Shown here piece by piece: positions 20,759-30,916 of a DNA stretch of 64,000 bases. Numbering within the stretch: the first letter of the stretch is position 1; the number at the start of each line of letters is the position of its first letter. The position numbers were made by a program, and so were the translations under genes. This DNA is from a virus (lineage: Duplodnaviria > Heunggongvirae > Uroviricota > Caudoviricetes), in IMG/VR virus record IMGVR_UViG_3300049919_000267, positions 38,379 through 102,378 of that record; one strand, written 5' to 3'. The notes under the pieces are model-generated. The model searched no databases, had not been told where the DNA came from, and saw nothing but the letters and a program-made list of their open reading frames with translations.

Positions 20759-21469
20759 TTATCCTACTCCTAATAATGACAATCTTTTAGTTGCTGGTGG
20801 GGCTGGGCCTAATCCAGCAGCCCAAATTTCAAATCCACATGATTTCCAACCATTAACTCCAGCGTTTGCTGTAAATGAATAAGCACTTGGAGAATTCTCA
20901 CCCCCTGCTCTAAATGCTGAGGACATATTTGTTGCTGGTGTTCCATAAGCCATATCATCACCCTCAGTCCATCCTGTAGGTGGTAAAGAAGTATTTGCTG
21001 CTAACGTTCCTACCCAAGCTCCTGCAATTCCGTTAAGTATATCAGTAGTTCCTCCAGCCCATACATTAGGCGTAGTAGGCACTGTTGTTACACCACTCGA
21101 CATATTATGCTGTCTTATTGGATTAGCTGTAACATTATCATATCCTGTAAATGCAAATGCACTAATAACACAACCTGTTGCAGCATCCCCAACAAAATTT
21201 ACAGTTATTACTGATGAAGAAACGGTACTTGGTACTTTTGCGTACCATAGCATAAATGTGTCACTACCTAGTTGTCGCTGTTCCTGTTTTACCCATGTTA
21301 AGGTTGTTCCTGTATTTGTAACTGTAGGACTTGCAGCGACAGTTCCCGTACCATAAATTAAAAGGCACAACAAAGAATTAGCAGTTGGTGTAAATGCTGT
21401 CATAGCATAAGTAGCCGAGTTGGTTGTACTGGCTAATCCTGCTACTGGTCTTGATGCTCCGATTGGCAT
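20759..21469 (-). CDS. Ala/Thr/Gly-rich structural protein (236 aa), tail-fibre-like composition
   Basis: ORF track. Composition and codon usage are markedly GC-richer than the surrounding genes. Stop/start abuts the next ORF at 21469. Confidence 0.55.
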   Translation of the reverse strand: MPIGASRPVAGLASTTNSATYAMTAFTPTANSLLCLLIYGTGTVAASPTVTNTGTTLTWVKQEQRQLGSDTFMLWYAKVPSTVSSSVITVNFVGDAATGCVISAFAFTGYDNVTANPIRQHNMSSGVTTVPTTPNVWAGGTTDILNGIAGAWVGTLAANTSLPPTGWTEGDDMAYGTPATNMSSAFRAGGENSPSAYSFTANAGVNGWKSCGFEIWAAGLGPAPPATKRLSLLGVG

Positions 21470-22347
21470 TATTTATAAAAGATATTAATGTTTAAATCAT
21501 TTAAAGCAACTGCTGTTGCACCTGCATCAGTTAAATCTGTTACAGTTGTTATTGCTATACCAGTACTAAATACTATACCATTACTCATTTCTACGTTTGC
21601 ACCTGAAGTTGCAGGTATTACTAAAGTAAAGAAAATACTTGCACCTGCTGTTGGAGTACCTGCTGTATTATGAAATGCAACTTTTCTTGCTGCTGCATTT
21701 GAGTTATAAATATACCATCCATAAACCTGTCCTGCACTTGCTTTTATATTTGTAGCATTTGTAGTAGCTGCTGATACTAAGTGAAAGGTTGTTAAACCTC
21801 CTGAAGTTGCAGGAGCAGAAGAAGTATTTACTGTTGCTGCAATAGAAACTGGTTGTATAACTGCTGACCCATCTACTTTTAAAGCATTAGCAGCAGAAAC
21901 TGTAGCATATCTACCTCTTGTAACACCATCTTCTATAATTCCTATTTGTGCTCTATTTACATTTATACGTGCTGCTGCTGCATCATTTTCTGTAAGAGCA
22001 GTACCAGCTACTTCATCGTAAATATAACCACCCATATTCACTTTAGTTGTTCCATCAGTAAACCCTGCATTATCTGTAACAATAGCATCATCAAGAATCT
22101 GTAAAGCTGTTATTTCTGTAGTCTGGTTAGCAGATGTTGCTGCACCTGTAGGTAATGGTAATGAAGCTACACTAACAGGTTGTGTTTCTGTTAAATCAGC
22201 TTTTAACTGAAGTTCAGTTAATAATAAATCTTGCTTTGCTTTGGTAGCAAGCAGATCAATCTTAGCTTCTTGTTCAGTGCTTAATACAACAGGTTCACTG
22301 TTTGCACTTGTTGCTTGACCATTTGGGTTATTTGGTGTATATGCCAT
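21469..22347 (-). CDS. Ala/Thr/Gly-rich structural protein (292 aa), tail-fibre-like
   Basis: ORF track. Same atypical composition (many A/T/G/S/V residues) and an N-terminal coiled-coil segment. Confidence 0.55.
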   Translation of the reverse strand: MAYTPNNPNGQATSANSEPVVLSTEQEAKIDLLATKAKQDLLLTELQLKADLTETQPVSVASLPLPTGAATSANQTTEITALQILDDAIVTDNAGFTDGTTKVNMGGYIYDEVAGTALTENDAAAARINVNRAQIGIIEDGVTRGRYATVSAANALKVDGSAVIQPVSIAATVNTSSAPATSGGLTTFHLVSAATTNATNIKASAGQVYGWYIYNSNAAARKVAFHNTAGTPTAGASIFFTLVIPATSGANVEMSNGIVFSTGIAITTVTDLTDAGATAVALNDLNINIFYK

Positions 22348-22348
22348 A

Positions 22349-22672
22349 TTATATTATAAACCAATTTGTATTATTAGAAATTAAGGTAATAGTTTCATAC
22401 TGCGTAGCTAACAAAGCTGTTAAACCACCATCAATTGTCTCACTAGTATTACCATCAATAGTAAGCGTATTTGCTCCCGCACTTATTCTCTTTATTGTTA
22501 TTTTAGCTTTATTACCTACTGCTGTTGGTAAATTTATAAGTATATTATTTGAAGTAGTATCTGCTAAAATAATAACCTCACCAGAAGTTGCTACTTCATT
22601 ATAAGTAGCTGCTGTAATAGTAGTTACTTTATAAAGACTTATTTGTCTATCCGATACTAATGTAGCTGCCAT
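22349..22672 (-). CDS. Small structural protein (107 aa)
   Basis: ORF track. Same composition block, tightly packed. Confidence 0.5.
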   Translation of the reverse strand: MAATLVSDRQISLYKVTTITAATYNEVATSGEVIILADTTSNNILINLPTAVGNKAKITIKRISAGANTLTIDGNTSETIDGGLTALLATQYETITLISNNTNWFII

Positions 22673-22681
22673 TATTTATTC

Positions 22682-23515
22682 TTATTTTCTATAACTTACT
22701 CTTAATTTTTCACCAGTTAAAGGAGCAGCTAAGTAAGTAATACTTGCTCCTGATATAGTATAATCATTACCAGCACCACTTTCTTGTAAAATACCATTTA
22801 GATAAACATGTTCACTTCCAGCAACAGGGGTATTAGCTAATGTATAAGCTGTGTTAGCCCCATTTATTGCACCAGAAGGTACTTCTTTATCTACAAAATT
22901 TGTATTTGATAATCCGGCACTAGTTGGGATTTGCTGCCAAGTTATAGCTGTAGTATTTAAAGTACCACCCTGGTTTGCTGTACAAAGCCAAATAGTATCT
23001 GCATTAGCAGTACCAACTTCAACAGCCACAAAAGCTCCAGGCACTTCTAACCAGTCATCCATATCAGTTGCTCTTGTTGGCGCACCACTAACAGCAACAA
23101 TATGGATACCATTTTCAGATTGAGATGCTTGATCTTTAATTAAGATTCTATCTCCTGTTGCAAGAACAATTCCATCAACTGTGCTACCATTAGCAAAAGA
23201 TGAAGCTAATGTTCCAGCAGCAGTAGTAGCTACTCTTACTGATCCTTTAGCATCAAATAAGGAATTTAGATTTCCTATTTGGGTATCAACATAGTTTTTA
23301 TTTGCAGCGTCTGTTCCTGAACCTGGAGTCTGTACATTTGTTATAAGTTGTGAACCCATATCTAATGCACCAGTCATTGCAATAGAGCCATCTTTTTTAA
23401 TAAAATTAGCTCCATCAGCTAATTTAGAAGTAGCAATCGCAGCTCCAGCTTGAACTTTTGCATCATTTATTGCTCCATCGGCAATTTGTCTTTGAACTAT
23501 CTGTGTTGTTGCCAT
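22682..23515 (-). CDS. Ala/Gly/Thr-rich structural protein (277 aa), fibre/tube-like
   Basis: ORF track. Beta-rich A/G/T/S composition. Confidence 0.55.
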   Translation of the reverse strand: MATTQIVQRQIADGAINDAKVQAGAAIATSKLADGANFIKKDGSIAMTGALDMGSQLITNVQTPGSGTDAANKNYVDTQIGNLNSLFDAKGSVRVATTAAGTLASSFANGSTVDGIVLATGDRILIKDQASQSENGIHIVAVSGAPTRATDMDDWLEVPGAFVAVEVGTANADTIWLCTANQGGTLNTTAITWQQIPTSAGLSNTNFVDKEVPSGAINGANTAYTLANTPVAGSEHVYLNGILQESGAGNDYTISGASITYLAAPLTGEKLRVSYRK

Positions 23516-23530
23516 TTTTTATTTTAATAT

Positions 23531-23944
23531 TTATAATTTAACGTAGTTAATCTCTAAAAGCTCTCCAACTAAAGGAGAATCTGTAAATACTACAGTATTT
23601 GTTCCAACAGTATTATAATGAACAGGTTTTTTTTGTTTAATCCCATTTATAAATACAATTGTTGTACTTGGATCAAAATTAAAAGATGTCGTAAATGTTA
23701 CATTACTATTATTTACAACTCCTATTAATACTTCATTTATTTCTTCATACCCTCCAATAACTACTACAGGAGAAACTTTTCTATAATTACCATCTTTATC
23801 TGTCAGATATTCATCTATATCTGTACCATTACCATTAGGTACATAATACCTGGCATTTGGTACTCCATTAATAGGTAGTGTATTTACTTTATAATCTGCT
23901 ATTGTATATGACATTTTACCAATCTGTTTGATCCCAACTATCAT
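23531..23944 (-). CDS. Hypothetical structural protein (137 aa)
   Basis: ORF track. Overlaps the upstream ORF by 29 nt. Confidence 0.5.
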   Translation of the reverse strand: MIVGIKQIGKMSYTIADYKVNTLPINGVPNARYYVPNGNGTDIDEYLTDKDGNYRKVSPVVVIGGYEEINEVLIGVVNNSNVTFTTSFNFDPSTTIVFINGIKQKKPVHYNTVGTNTVVFTDSPLVGELLEINYVKL

Positions 23945-24371
23945 TAACTACTTCAGTTACAAATCTATTACTTGTACTACTATAAGTAATGTAATCCCCA
24001 TAATTATAATTAACTGCAACATTAATGATAGCAGGGTCGCCGGGAGTAGGAAGTGATGAAGGTTTATCTAATGGAGTTATTTTTTTAAACTTTTGAATTT
24101 TTCCAGAAGTAAGATATTGTTTAATATTAGAAATAATATCATCTACTAGATATTCTTTTAAACATTGTGAATTATTTACTTTATCGTAAAGAATTTTCCT
24201 GTATTTATTTAAAATATAAAAAACATCTAAATCCACAATAATCTTAGCACCATATCTGGAAGCATTAAGTTTATTTTCAGAAATTTTAGCAAGTTTTGTA
24301 TCAATTTTACAAAGCAACTCTTTTACATCCTCTGCGAAAGATAAAGTTTGTGTTTTATAACTAATTATCAT
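23916..24371 (-). CDS. Hypothetical protein (151 aa)
   Basis: ORF track. Coupled to its neighbours (2-nt gap to the ORF at 24373). Confidence 0.5.
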   Translation of the reverse strand: MIISYKTQTLSFAEDVKELLCKIDTKLAKISENKLNASRYGAKIIVDLDVFYILNKYRKILYDKVNNSQCLKEYLVDDIISNIKQYLTSGKIQKFKKITPLDKPSSLPTPGDPAIINVAVNYNYGDYITYSSTSNRFVTEVVNDSWDQTDW

Positions 24372-24372
24372 T

Positions 24373-24633
24373 TTATATAGTTTGTCTTGCTTTTTCTAAA
24401 ATATCATTAATTCTTTTGATTTTTTCTTCTTTTGAAAGTCCCTGAGTTTTTAGAATTATTTCAAACTCAGTATTTGGTAGTGGATCTCCTGGTTGGCTAT
24501 AAATAACTCTTGAAGTTCTTCTTTTTATTTCTGTACCAGGAGTTAAGTTTGTCCCATAACAAGTAGTACAAAGACCACCAATCAAATTACACCCACAACC
24601 AACATCTTTTGAACAACTAGAACAGCTTGCCAT
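24373..24633 (-). CDS. Small Cys-rich protein (86 aa)
   Basis: N-terminus MASCSSCSKDVGCGCNLIGGLCTTCYG… (9 Cys in 26 aa), followed by a helical basic tail. Confidence 0.55.
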   Translation of the reverse strand: MASCSSCSKDVGCGCNLIGGLCTTCYGTNLTPGTEIKRRTSRVIYSQPGDPLPNTEFEIILKTQGLSKEEKIKRINDILEKARQTI

Positions 24634-24643
24634 TTTTTATTAT

Positions 24644-25192
24644 TTAACAACCACACTCTAAATTATTATCTGAAAGATATTTATCAAGCATATAATCAGC
24701 TTTTTTATATAAGTCAGAAGCTAGTTTAGCATTCTGATTATTTGAAGCTGCAATTGCCCCGGTAATATATAATTCAATATCTTCTAGAAAATTTTTCTTT
24801 CTTTTTTGACTAGTTTCATCAAGATTAGAAAGATCTAAATTAAGAAAAGCTTGAGTATATCTACACTGAATTTTATCTGTTTTAAGAAAAAATCTTTCAA
24901 TAAATAGCTTGTCATTAGGACAAATAGAATATTTAACTTTCCAAAGACCATCTGGAAGATCAAGAAGATCTTCTTCACAAGATGCTTTTGTTATACCTAA
25001 CCCATTAGAATTATAAACATTCAAAGCTTTTTCCATAAAAAATGGAGAAACTGAATGTGTATAACCTGGGGGAATTATTTCAATAGTTGGGGTATCAATA
25101 CTAATATCAGGATTATACCAAGAAGTATCTACAATACCCAAAGTTTTAAAATCATGAGTATCAATAATATCAAAACTTAATTTACTTATCAT
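24644..25192 (-). CDS. Hypothetical protein (182 aa)
   Basis: ORF track. C-terminal …NLECGC. Confidence 0.5.
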   Translation of the reverse strand: MISKLSFDIIDTHDFKTLGIVDTSWYNPDISIDTPTIEIIPPGYTHSVSPFFMEKALNVYNSNGLGITKASCEEDLLDLPDGLWKVKYSICPNDKLFIERFFLKTDKIQCRYTQAFLNLDLSNLDETSQKRKKNFLEDIELYITGAIAASNNQNAKLASDLYKKADYMLDKYLSDNNLECGC

Positions 25193-25298
25193 TTATTGCT
25201 ACATTTATTCCGACACATTATCGGTATTTAATGAAAAAAGGAGAAAGAATTGGACAAATCCTTTCCTTTCTCCTTTATTATAGTCAAAACAAAACCAA

Positions 25299-27446
25299 TT
25301 ACACGCTTAAAACACCAGCAGTAAACTTCTCAACACCAAAGTATCCAATTAAGAAGTTTTCTATAGTCTTGCCTTCTCCTTGTGGAACAGCAATGATCAC
25401 TGATTCATCTTGTCTTGTAACACCATCCCAAGTATTCAAATCAGGTGACTTGAACTTAAGATAGAATACATCATAGAATCTACTAGGATCAGAGTATCTT
25501 ACAAAAGAGCCATTATAAGCTGGAAGATGATAGATATGCTTCATAGTTGTTTGATAACTATGGAATCTTTTTTCCAGTTCAAAAATTTCATCTCCACTTC
25601 CTGTAACGAAAGTGCTTTTTTGAGTAGTGGTAATAGGAATATTATCACATCTGTCAAAAGTAATAAAATCTTGAGAAGTTGCTGCACCTTTATAAGCAAA
25701 TACTTCAAAGGTTAATTTATCAAATTCATAAGGATAAGCAATAGGATCACATGGATTACCATATTTATCTAAAGATTTACCTTCAATTTTAACACCAGCA
25801 ACACAACCAGAACCAGTTAACACATCAGCTACTACTGTCCATTCTAAACCTTGATAAGGTTGAACTTGTGCAAAAACAGCAGGAATTTGGAAATCACAAT
25901 CTTCATGAGTTGTCTCAGAAGTTTGAACCAATTCATATCTACTATTACAATTAGCACTTTCAGCAAGGGTAACTGTATATTCAGGATAAAGAGCTTGGAT
26001 AGCTGCTAAATCAGAAACACAATCATCAGCTACAGTTAAAGTCAAAGTTCTTTGAACTTTAAAACCTGTATCAACACTAGCCCAAGCATTTGAAGCCCCA
26101 ACAGGAGGATTACAAAGAGCATCTGCATTTTCAAGAGCAATTACACTGTCAGCTAAAATAGCAACAATTTCTGGAGCATTAACATCAACACTAATTAAAA
26201 TGCTTGCAACAGCACCATTATTCTCTAAGAAAGTAGCTGAACTCGCAGGAGTAAAGCTATGAGCAGCACCAACACCATCAGTCAAATTAATTGCAGTACC
26301 AGCAACAGCAAGAGCTTTTGTAGTAGCTAATTTAACAGTATTGGCATCCATTACAATTACATAGTAAGTATTACCATCAACAAGACCACCAATAGCAGTA
26401 CCACCACCATCAGCATAAACAACACTTTGTCCAGTAACCCAACCATGAGCAGTTACAGTCACAGTTTCAAGAGCATCATCAACACCTGTTGCACCATCAA
26501 ATACTTCGGCCGGAGCATAAGTAGCTAAGATAGTATCAGCAAAGATTTGTTGATTAGCAGCACCTACTAGATTTTCAGAACCATCTAAAGGAGTATTTAC
26601 AATATATTGTGCTTGTTCAGCTTGAAGGGTATATCCTAAAGGACATACATCACATACAGCTAACTTAACAGGAAGAGTTACAACAACATCAACAGGGGCA
26701 TCAGCAGATGCTAATCTTTCCAACTGATAAGTTGAAATAGAACCAGATCTGTCAGATCTTGTAACTACATCATTAGGAAATTGTGCTTGAACAGCAGCTA
26801 AAGCACTCACATCACCATTATCACAGAAGCTTACACCATAAGTGATAGTCGCTACAGTAGTAGGAGCATCAGCAGGAACAGTACATTCAAATACAGGAGT
26901 AGCAACATAATATTGGCTCAACTTAGGTTCAGCATTAATTTTTCTTGCAAACTCATTCGCTAACCATCTAGCATCAATAGTAGCACAGTCATCACCACAA
27001 TCTTCACAACAAGGAGTTGTTACAGTTACAGTTCTTGTCAAACCATAAGCATATGCAGTGTCAATATACAATGATCTACCTCTGATTGTTAATGAGTATT
27101 GCTCATCACAACCAGCTTTTAAAGTTTTGGTGTTATCAACACCATCAAAACCAGCATAAGTGATTTGGGTCTTAGCTGTTGGAGAACCTGTACTCTTATA
27201 CCATTCAATCAAAGAACCCGGAGATACTTTGTCAGAATACTTATGAGTCAGTCCAGGAGTGTTCTCAATTCTACCCTGGCCAAATACTACATAAGGAGAT
27301 TTTTTAGCTTCAGTAGCAGAGCTTACAGCTTTATATCTGCTATTAAAGATACCAAACTGAGTTGGGTTTAACTTTTCTCTTTTAAATCCATCAGGAACAA
27401 GGTCACCAGTAGGTAACACGTACAAAGTGGTCAATGAAAAATCCAT
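25299..27446 (-). CDS. Large Thr/Val/Ala-rich structural protein (715 aa)
   Basis: ORF track. GC-richer codon usage like 20759..23515. Beta-rich with several Cys pairs (…TPCCEDCGDDC…). Role (decoration, sheath or fibre) cannot be resolved from sequence alone. Confidence 0.6.
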   Translation of the reverse strand: MDFSLTTLYVLPTGDLVPDGFKREKLNPTQFGIFNSRYKAVSSATEAKKSPYVVFGQGRIENTPGLTHKYSDKVSPGSLIEWYKSTGSPTAKTQITYAGFDGVDNTKTLKAGCDEQYSLTIRGRSLYIDTAYAYGLTRTVTVTTPCCEDCGDDCATIDARWLANEFARKINAEPKLSQYYVATPVFECTVPADAPTTVATITYGVSFCDNGDVSALAAVQAQFPNDVVTRSDRSGSISTYQLERLASADAPVDVVVTLPVKLAVCDVCPLGYTLQAEQAQYIVNTPLDGSENLVGAANQQIFADTILATYAPAEVFDGATGVDDALETVTVTAHGWVTGQSVVYADGGGTAIGGLVDGNTYYVIVMDANTVKLATTKALAVAGTAINLTDGVGAAHSFTPASSATFLENNGAVASILISVDVNAPEIVAILADSVIALENADALCNPPVGASNAWASVDTGFKVQRTLTLTVADDCVSDLAAIQALYPEYTVTLAESANCNSRYELVQTSETTHEDCDFQIPAVFAQVQPYQGLEWTVVADVLTGSGCVAGVKIEGKSLDKYGNPCDPIAYPYEFDKLTFEVFAYKGAATSQDFITFDRCDNIPITTTQKSTFVTGSGDEIFELEKRFHSYQTTMKHIYHLPAYNGSFVRYSDPSRFYDVFYLKFKSPDLNTWDGVTRQDESVIIAVPQGEGKTIENFLIGYFGVEKFTAGVLSV

Positions 27447-27507
27447 TTGTTATTAATTTTTAAATTATTGCTGTATTAATTTATCAACAAAGTAAGGTTA
27501 CAGCATC

Positions 27508-28230
27508 TTACTCGTTGGTTTGAATTCTAATTTGTGAAGCTTGGACAGCATTTTGATTTTCAGTAGATAGGGCTAAACTTCTAGCTGCTATATCTACTAA
27601 CTCCTCTTTTAAGTAATATGGGAGTTCTGAATTAACTACTGTGGAAGGTCTGCCATCAAAATGGGTGTATCCTTCGAAATCTACTTTTTTAGGGTATCTC
27701 ACATACCAAAGATAAAACTTTGTAGGTTTAAATGTCCCATCTGTGTAGATCTGCCATCTATGGCCAGTTATAGTTCCCGGTACTTCTTGGTATTCAAATG
27801 AAGGAGAACTGTTAGTATTTCCAAGAGTCTTACTTATATCACCATGTCTTATTAGATTGATGACTAAAACTCTTTTTGTACAAGTTTCTTTATCTGCCAG
27901 AATATATTCTGACCCAGGTACACCAAGCATGTACTCAGGTTTTAAAAGTTCTAGATTTGCTGACCAGGAATTTAATGGTGTATTATCATTAATTAAAGGT
28001 AAGAATCTATCTCTTTCTATTAACATTTCCAAGTCATTGTATCTTTTTTGAAAAGCATCAAGACCTGCTTTATGTACATTATTTTCAGAGAACTTTGTTT
28101 TTATTAGGTTTATATGAGCATCATTTAAAGCTATCAGTTTATCTTCTAAGCTAATACCCTGATGTTCATTAGTACCAACCTTATTCAGCTTTAAATCAAT
28201 GTCATATAAGAGTTCTTTTACATCAATCAT
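27508..28230 (-). CDS. Hypothetical virion-module protein (240 aa)
   Basis: ORF track. Lies between the capsid candidate and the structural block. Confidence 0.5.
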   Translation of the reverse strand: MIDVKELLYDIDLKLNKVGTNEHQGISLEDKLIALNDAHINLIKTKFSENNVHKAGLDAFQKRYNDLEMLIERDRFLPLINDNTPLNSWSANLELLKPEYMLGVPGSEYILADKETCTKRVLVINLIRHGDISKTLGNTNSSPSFEYQEVPGTITGHRWQIYTDGTFKPTKFYLWYVRYPKKVDFEGYTHFDGRPSTVVNSELPYYLKEELVDIAARSLALSTENQNAVQASQIRIQTNE

Positions 28231-28252
28231 AACACTGAGTTTAAGGTTTTAT

Positions 28253-29215
28253 TTAGGATAAAACTGATTTTTTCATCTTCAGTTTTTCTTGTAAAGCAAA
28301 TAAATCATCCTGGTTATTATCGTCCAGTAAAAATTCTACAAGGTCTGCTTTATCTTTTGCAATTTCAGCACCACCTTCTGTGATTCTCCCACCTTTAGTT
28401 ATTCTGTAAATAGAATGTTTTAAAGCTTGGTCTACTAAATCTTTTGCAGAAATAATTTTATCATCCATTTCTGAAAACTTAATAAACAACTCAACAGGAT
28501 TTCCACCTCTAAAATCACCAGTTTTAATTTCTGATTGTTTAATAAAAGTATCAAGCAGATTATAAACATTCTGTTCTTTACTATTATCACTTACAGGTAA
28601 GCCGAGTAATCTAGCAACTTTCTTTCTCTTTTCTAAGCTAAGTGCTTCTAAGGAACCAATTGCTCTATTGATTATAATCTTCTTTTGGTATTTCAGATCT
28701 TCTTCAATATTCTCGTCATTCACATAGAATTGTGTATTAGAAGTATATTCACCTCTTTCATAAGCTTGATATGAACTTGCAATCAAAGGATGAACTCTGA
28801 GCCATTCATATGTAATAGCTTTATAAGGATTATCCAGATCAAAAACATTATCACCTTCTTTAAGTCTGATAATTTCTGCTTTAATATTTACTCTGTCATT
28901 AAATATTTCAGAGTAGTAAGATGATCTTGAATCAAGGCTAAAACCTAACTCACTTTCAAGCTTTTCTTTGAGATCAGTAATTCTTTTAGCTTCTAGGCTA
29001 TAATTCTCAGGATTTGTTTTCTTGAGTCTTTGCATGTAAGGAGCATTTATATTCAATCCAGTTCTGTACTCACCATTTGGCTCTTTGTAAGGAACAAACC
29101 TTACACCAGTACCGGGGAATCTTGCATACCCATTTACAGCTAAAGAAGCTTCGAGGCTACCATTGTTACGATTATACTCTTTTTTGATAGAGCTGATTTT
29201 TCCAGTCTTACCCAT
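28253..29215 (-). CDS. Hypothetical head-associated protein (320 aa)
   Basis: ORF track. Immediately downstream (in transcription order) of the capsid candidate. Confidence 0.5.
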   Translation of the reverse strand: MGKTGKISSIKKEYNRNNGSLEASLAVNGYARFPGTGVRFVPYKEPNGEYRTGLNINAPYMQRLKKTNPENYSLEAKRITDLKEKLESELGFSLDSRSSYYSEIFNDRVNIKAEIIRLKEGDNVFDLDNPYKAITYEWLRVHPLIASSYQAYERGEYTSNTQFYVNDENIEEDLKYQKKIIINRAIGSLEALSLEKRKKVARLLGLPVSDNSKEQNVYNLLDTFIKQSEIKTGDFRGGNPVELFIKFSEMDDKIISAKDLVDQALKHSIYRITKGGRITEGGAEIAKDKADLVEFLLDDNNQDDLFALQEKLKMKKSVLS

Positions 29216-29323
29216 AATGTATTTATTTTATTGGTTTGTTTTACTAATGTAAAAAAGTGTGCTTATTTTATCTACGAGTCGTTCTTATTCACCCAACGAC
29301 TTACTATATATATCCAAGCTTTA

Positions 29324-30874
29324 TTAGAAGCTAGGAACTTCTTTAATAATTACACATCTACTAAGATCTTCAATGAATACATCTGCTCTGTCTTTCATCC
29401 AGATTGTATACCAAGGATCTTTATTAGCAGAACTCATACCTTGAGATTTAGCAAAACCTAAGTGATGAACTGCACCATCAACATAACCCCAAGTCATAGA
29501 AGGTCTAGATTTCATTCTTACCTGTCTGATATTATTTTGAAGACTACCATCTCCTGTTGGAGATACGTCAAACACCATAAAGATAGGAGTTGATTTCTTA
29601 TTTTGACCAATCTCTAAGTTTGTATTAGGAAGATCAAGTTGTCTTAAATGTACCAGGTCAATTCTACCAGTATCAGAAGTGATTACAGAATCAAAAGCAT
29701 AAGATACAGTCATATTCTGACCACTACCTTGGATGAATCTATTATCAGCAATAACAGTAAGACCAGAATTTAACAGATCTTCTTTATTAGCTTTCTTGAA
29801 GATTTCAAAACCAGCTTCATTAGTGTAGATCTTAACTCTACGATCTTTGATGTCAACTCTACGATAGAACAAATCACCAAATACATCTCTTAACAATTGG
29901 ATGTTAAATTCACCTCTGTTATAATAAACAGTGTTACCATTGTTTAACATTTTATGATAGATACCACTTGAAGCTTTTTTAATTTCTTGTTTGCTGTTTC
30001 TATCTTTAGCAGTACCAGGTCTACCCCAGATCATGTATGCAGTTTTCATGTCATACATTTTCTTTCTCATCAGATACTCAACGTAAGGTTCCCATCTGAT
30101 GTCAGCACTCATATGCTCAGGTAAAGCCCCTCTGCGTACATTACCATAAACCATAAGGTCTAGTGCATTTCCTTTTCCGTCTCTCAGCATTCTTGCATCA
30201 GCCCAATCAGTAATAGAATGTTCCACACCAAAACCAGCACCAAGAGATTCAAATAATGTAATCTCACTACCCATTGAAGGTAAACCAGATAAATCAGTTG
30301 TAAACTCTCCTACTAAGTTAAACAGGAATTCAAATTCAACACCAACAGAGAAAAACTTGCTGTGTATAAAATCCACTTTAGGATTTTCAGACAGAATAGT
30401 GAAGGTGTACAACCAACCACTATTATAAGGAACTGGATCTTTAACTACACTTAAAGGAGTAGATAATTCCATTTTTTGTGATGTAATAACATCATTTAAA
30501 ACCCACTCTTTCCTGTCAAATACAAGAGAGAATTCTTGCTGATCAATACCAGCTTTTTCAAGCAATAGTGTTTCTTCAGGGATCTCAATTACTTTAGGAA
30601 ATTCATAAGGAACATTGATCTTCCATTTGAAAGCATCACTGTTACTATCAATAAAGTAAGGTGTGGACTTATCCAACATTTGTTGGAAGTCATTAGCATA
30701 AAGTTGCGTTTGGGTATACAGACTTATGATTTTTTTATCATAATCAGCAGGATCAGTCAAATGAAGACTTTCAAGGTGATTAGAGTCAGTAAACTTACCA
30801 ATAGATCTCTTGTCCAAAGAGGACACTCTCGTTGCAGCAAAACCAGTAAAGCCCGGTATAGTTTGTAAAGGCAT
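29324..30874 (-). CDS. Major capsid protein candidate (516 aa)
   Basis: Sits in the canonical order TerL - portal - acidic scaffold-like - this ORF. Size and mixed alpha/beta composition are compatible with an HK97-fold MCP. Assignment is by synteny only. Confidence 0.5.
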   Translation of the reverse strand: MPLQTIPGFTGFAATRVSSLDKRSIGKFTDSNHLESLHLTDPADYDKKIISLYTQTQLYANDFQQMLDKSTPYFIDSNSDAFKWKINVPYEFPKVIEIPEETLLLEKAGIDQQEFSLVFDRKEWVLNDVITSQKMELSTPLSVVKDPVPYNSGWLYTFTILSENPKVDFIHSKFFSVGVEFEFLFNLVGEFTTDLSGLPSMGSEITLFESLGAGFGVEHSITDWADARMLRDGKGNALDLMVYGNVRRGALPEHMSADIRWEPYVEYLMRKKMYDMKTAYMIWGRPGTAKDRNSKQEIKKASSGIYHKMLNNGNTVYYNRGEFNIQLLRDVFGDLFYRRVDIKDRRVKIYTNEAGFEIFKKANKEDLLNSGLTVIADNRFIQGSGQNMTVSYAFDSVITSDTGRIDLVHLRQLDLPNTNLEIGQNKKSTPIFMVFDVSPTGDGSLQNNIRQVRMKSRPSMTWGYVDGAVHHLGFAKSQGMSSANKDPWYTIWMKDRADVFIEDLSRCVIIKEVPSF

Positions 30875-30916
30875 TTTTGTTTAAATTTAAAATTTATAGA
30901 AATTTTGTTCTACTAT

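Noticed and set aside
20759-23515. Collagen-like (Gly-X-Y) repeats in the Ala/Gly/Thr-rich proteins
   Set aside because: There is no regular G-x-x periodicity. The richness is compositional only.
29324-30874. Confident major capsid protein assignment by sequence motif
   Set aside because: No MCP family motif can be verified by eye. It is kept as a synteny-based candidate with moderate confidence only. The 715-aa ORF at 25299..27446 remains an alternative.
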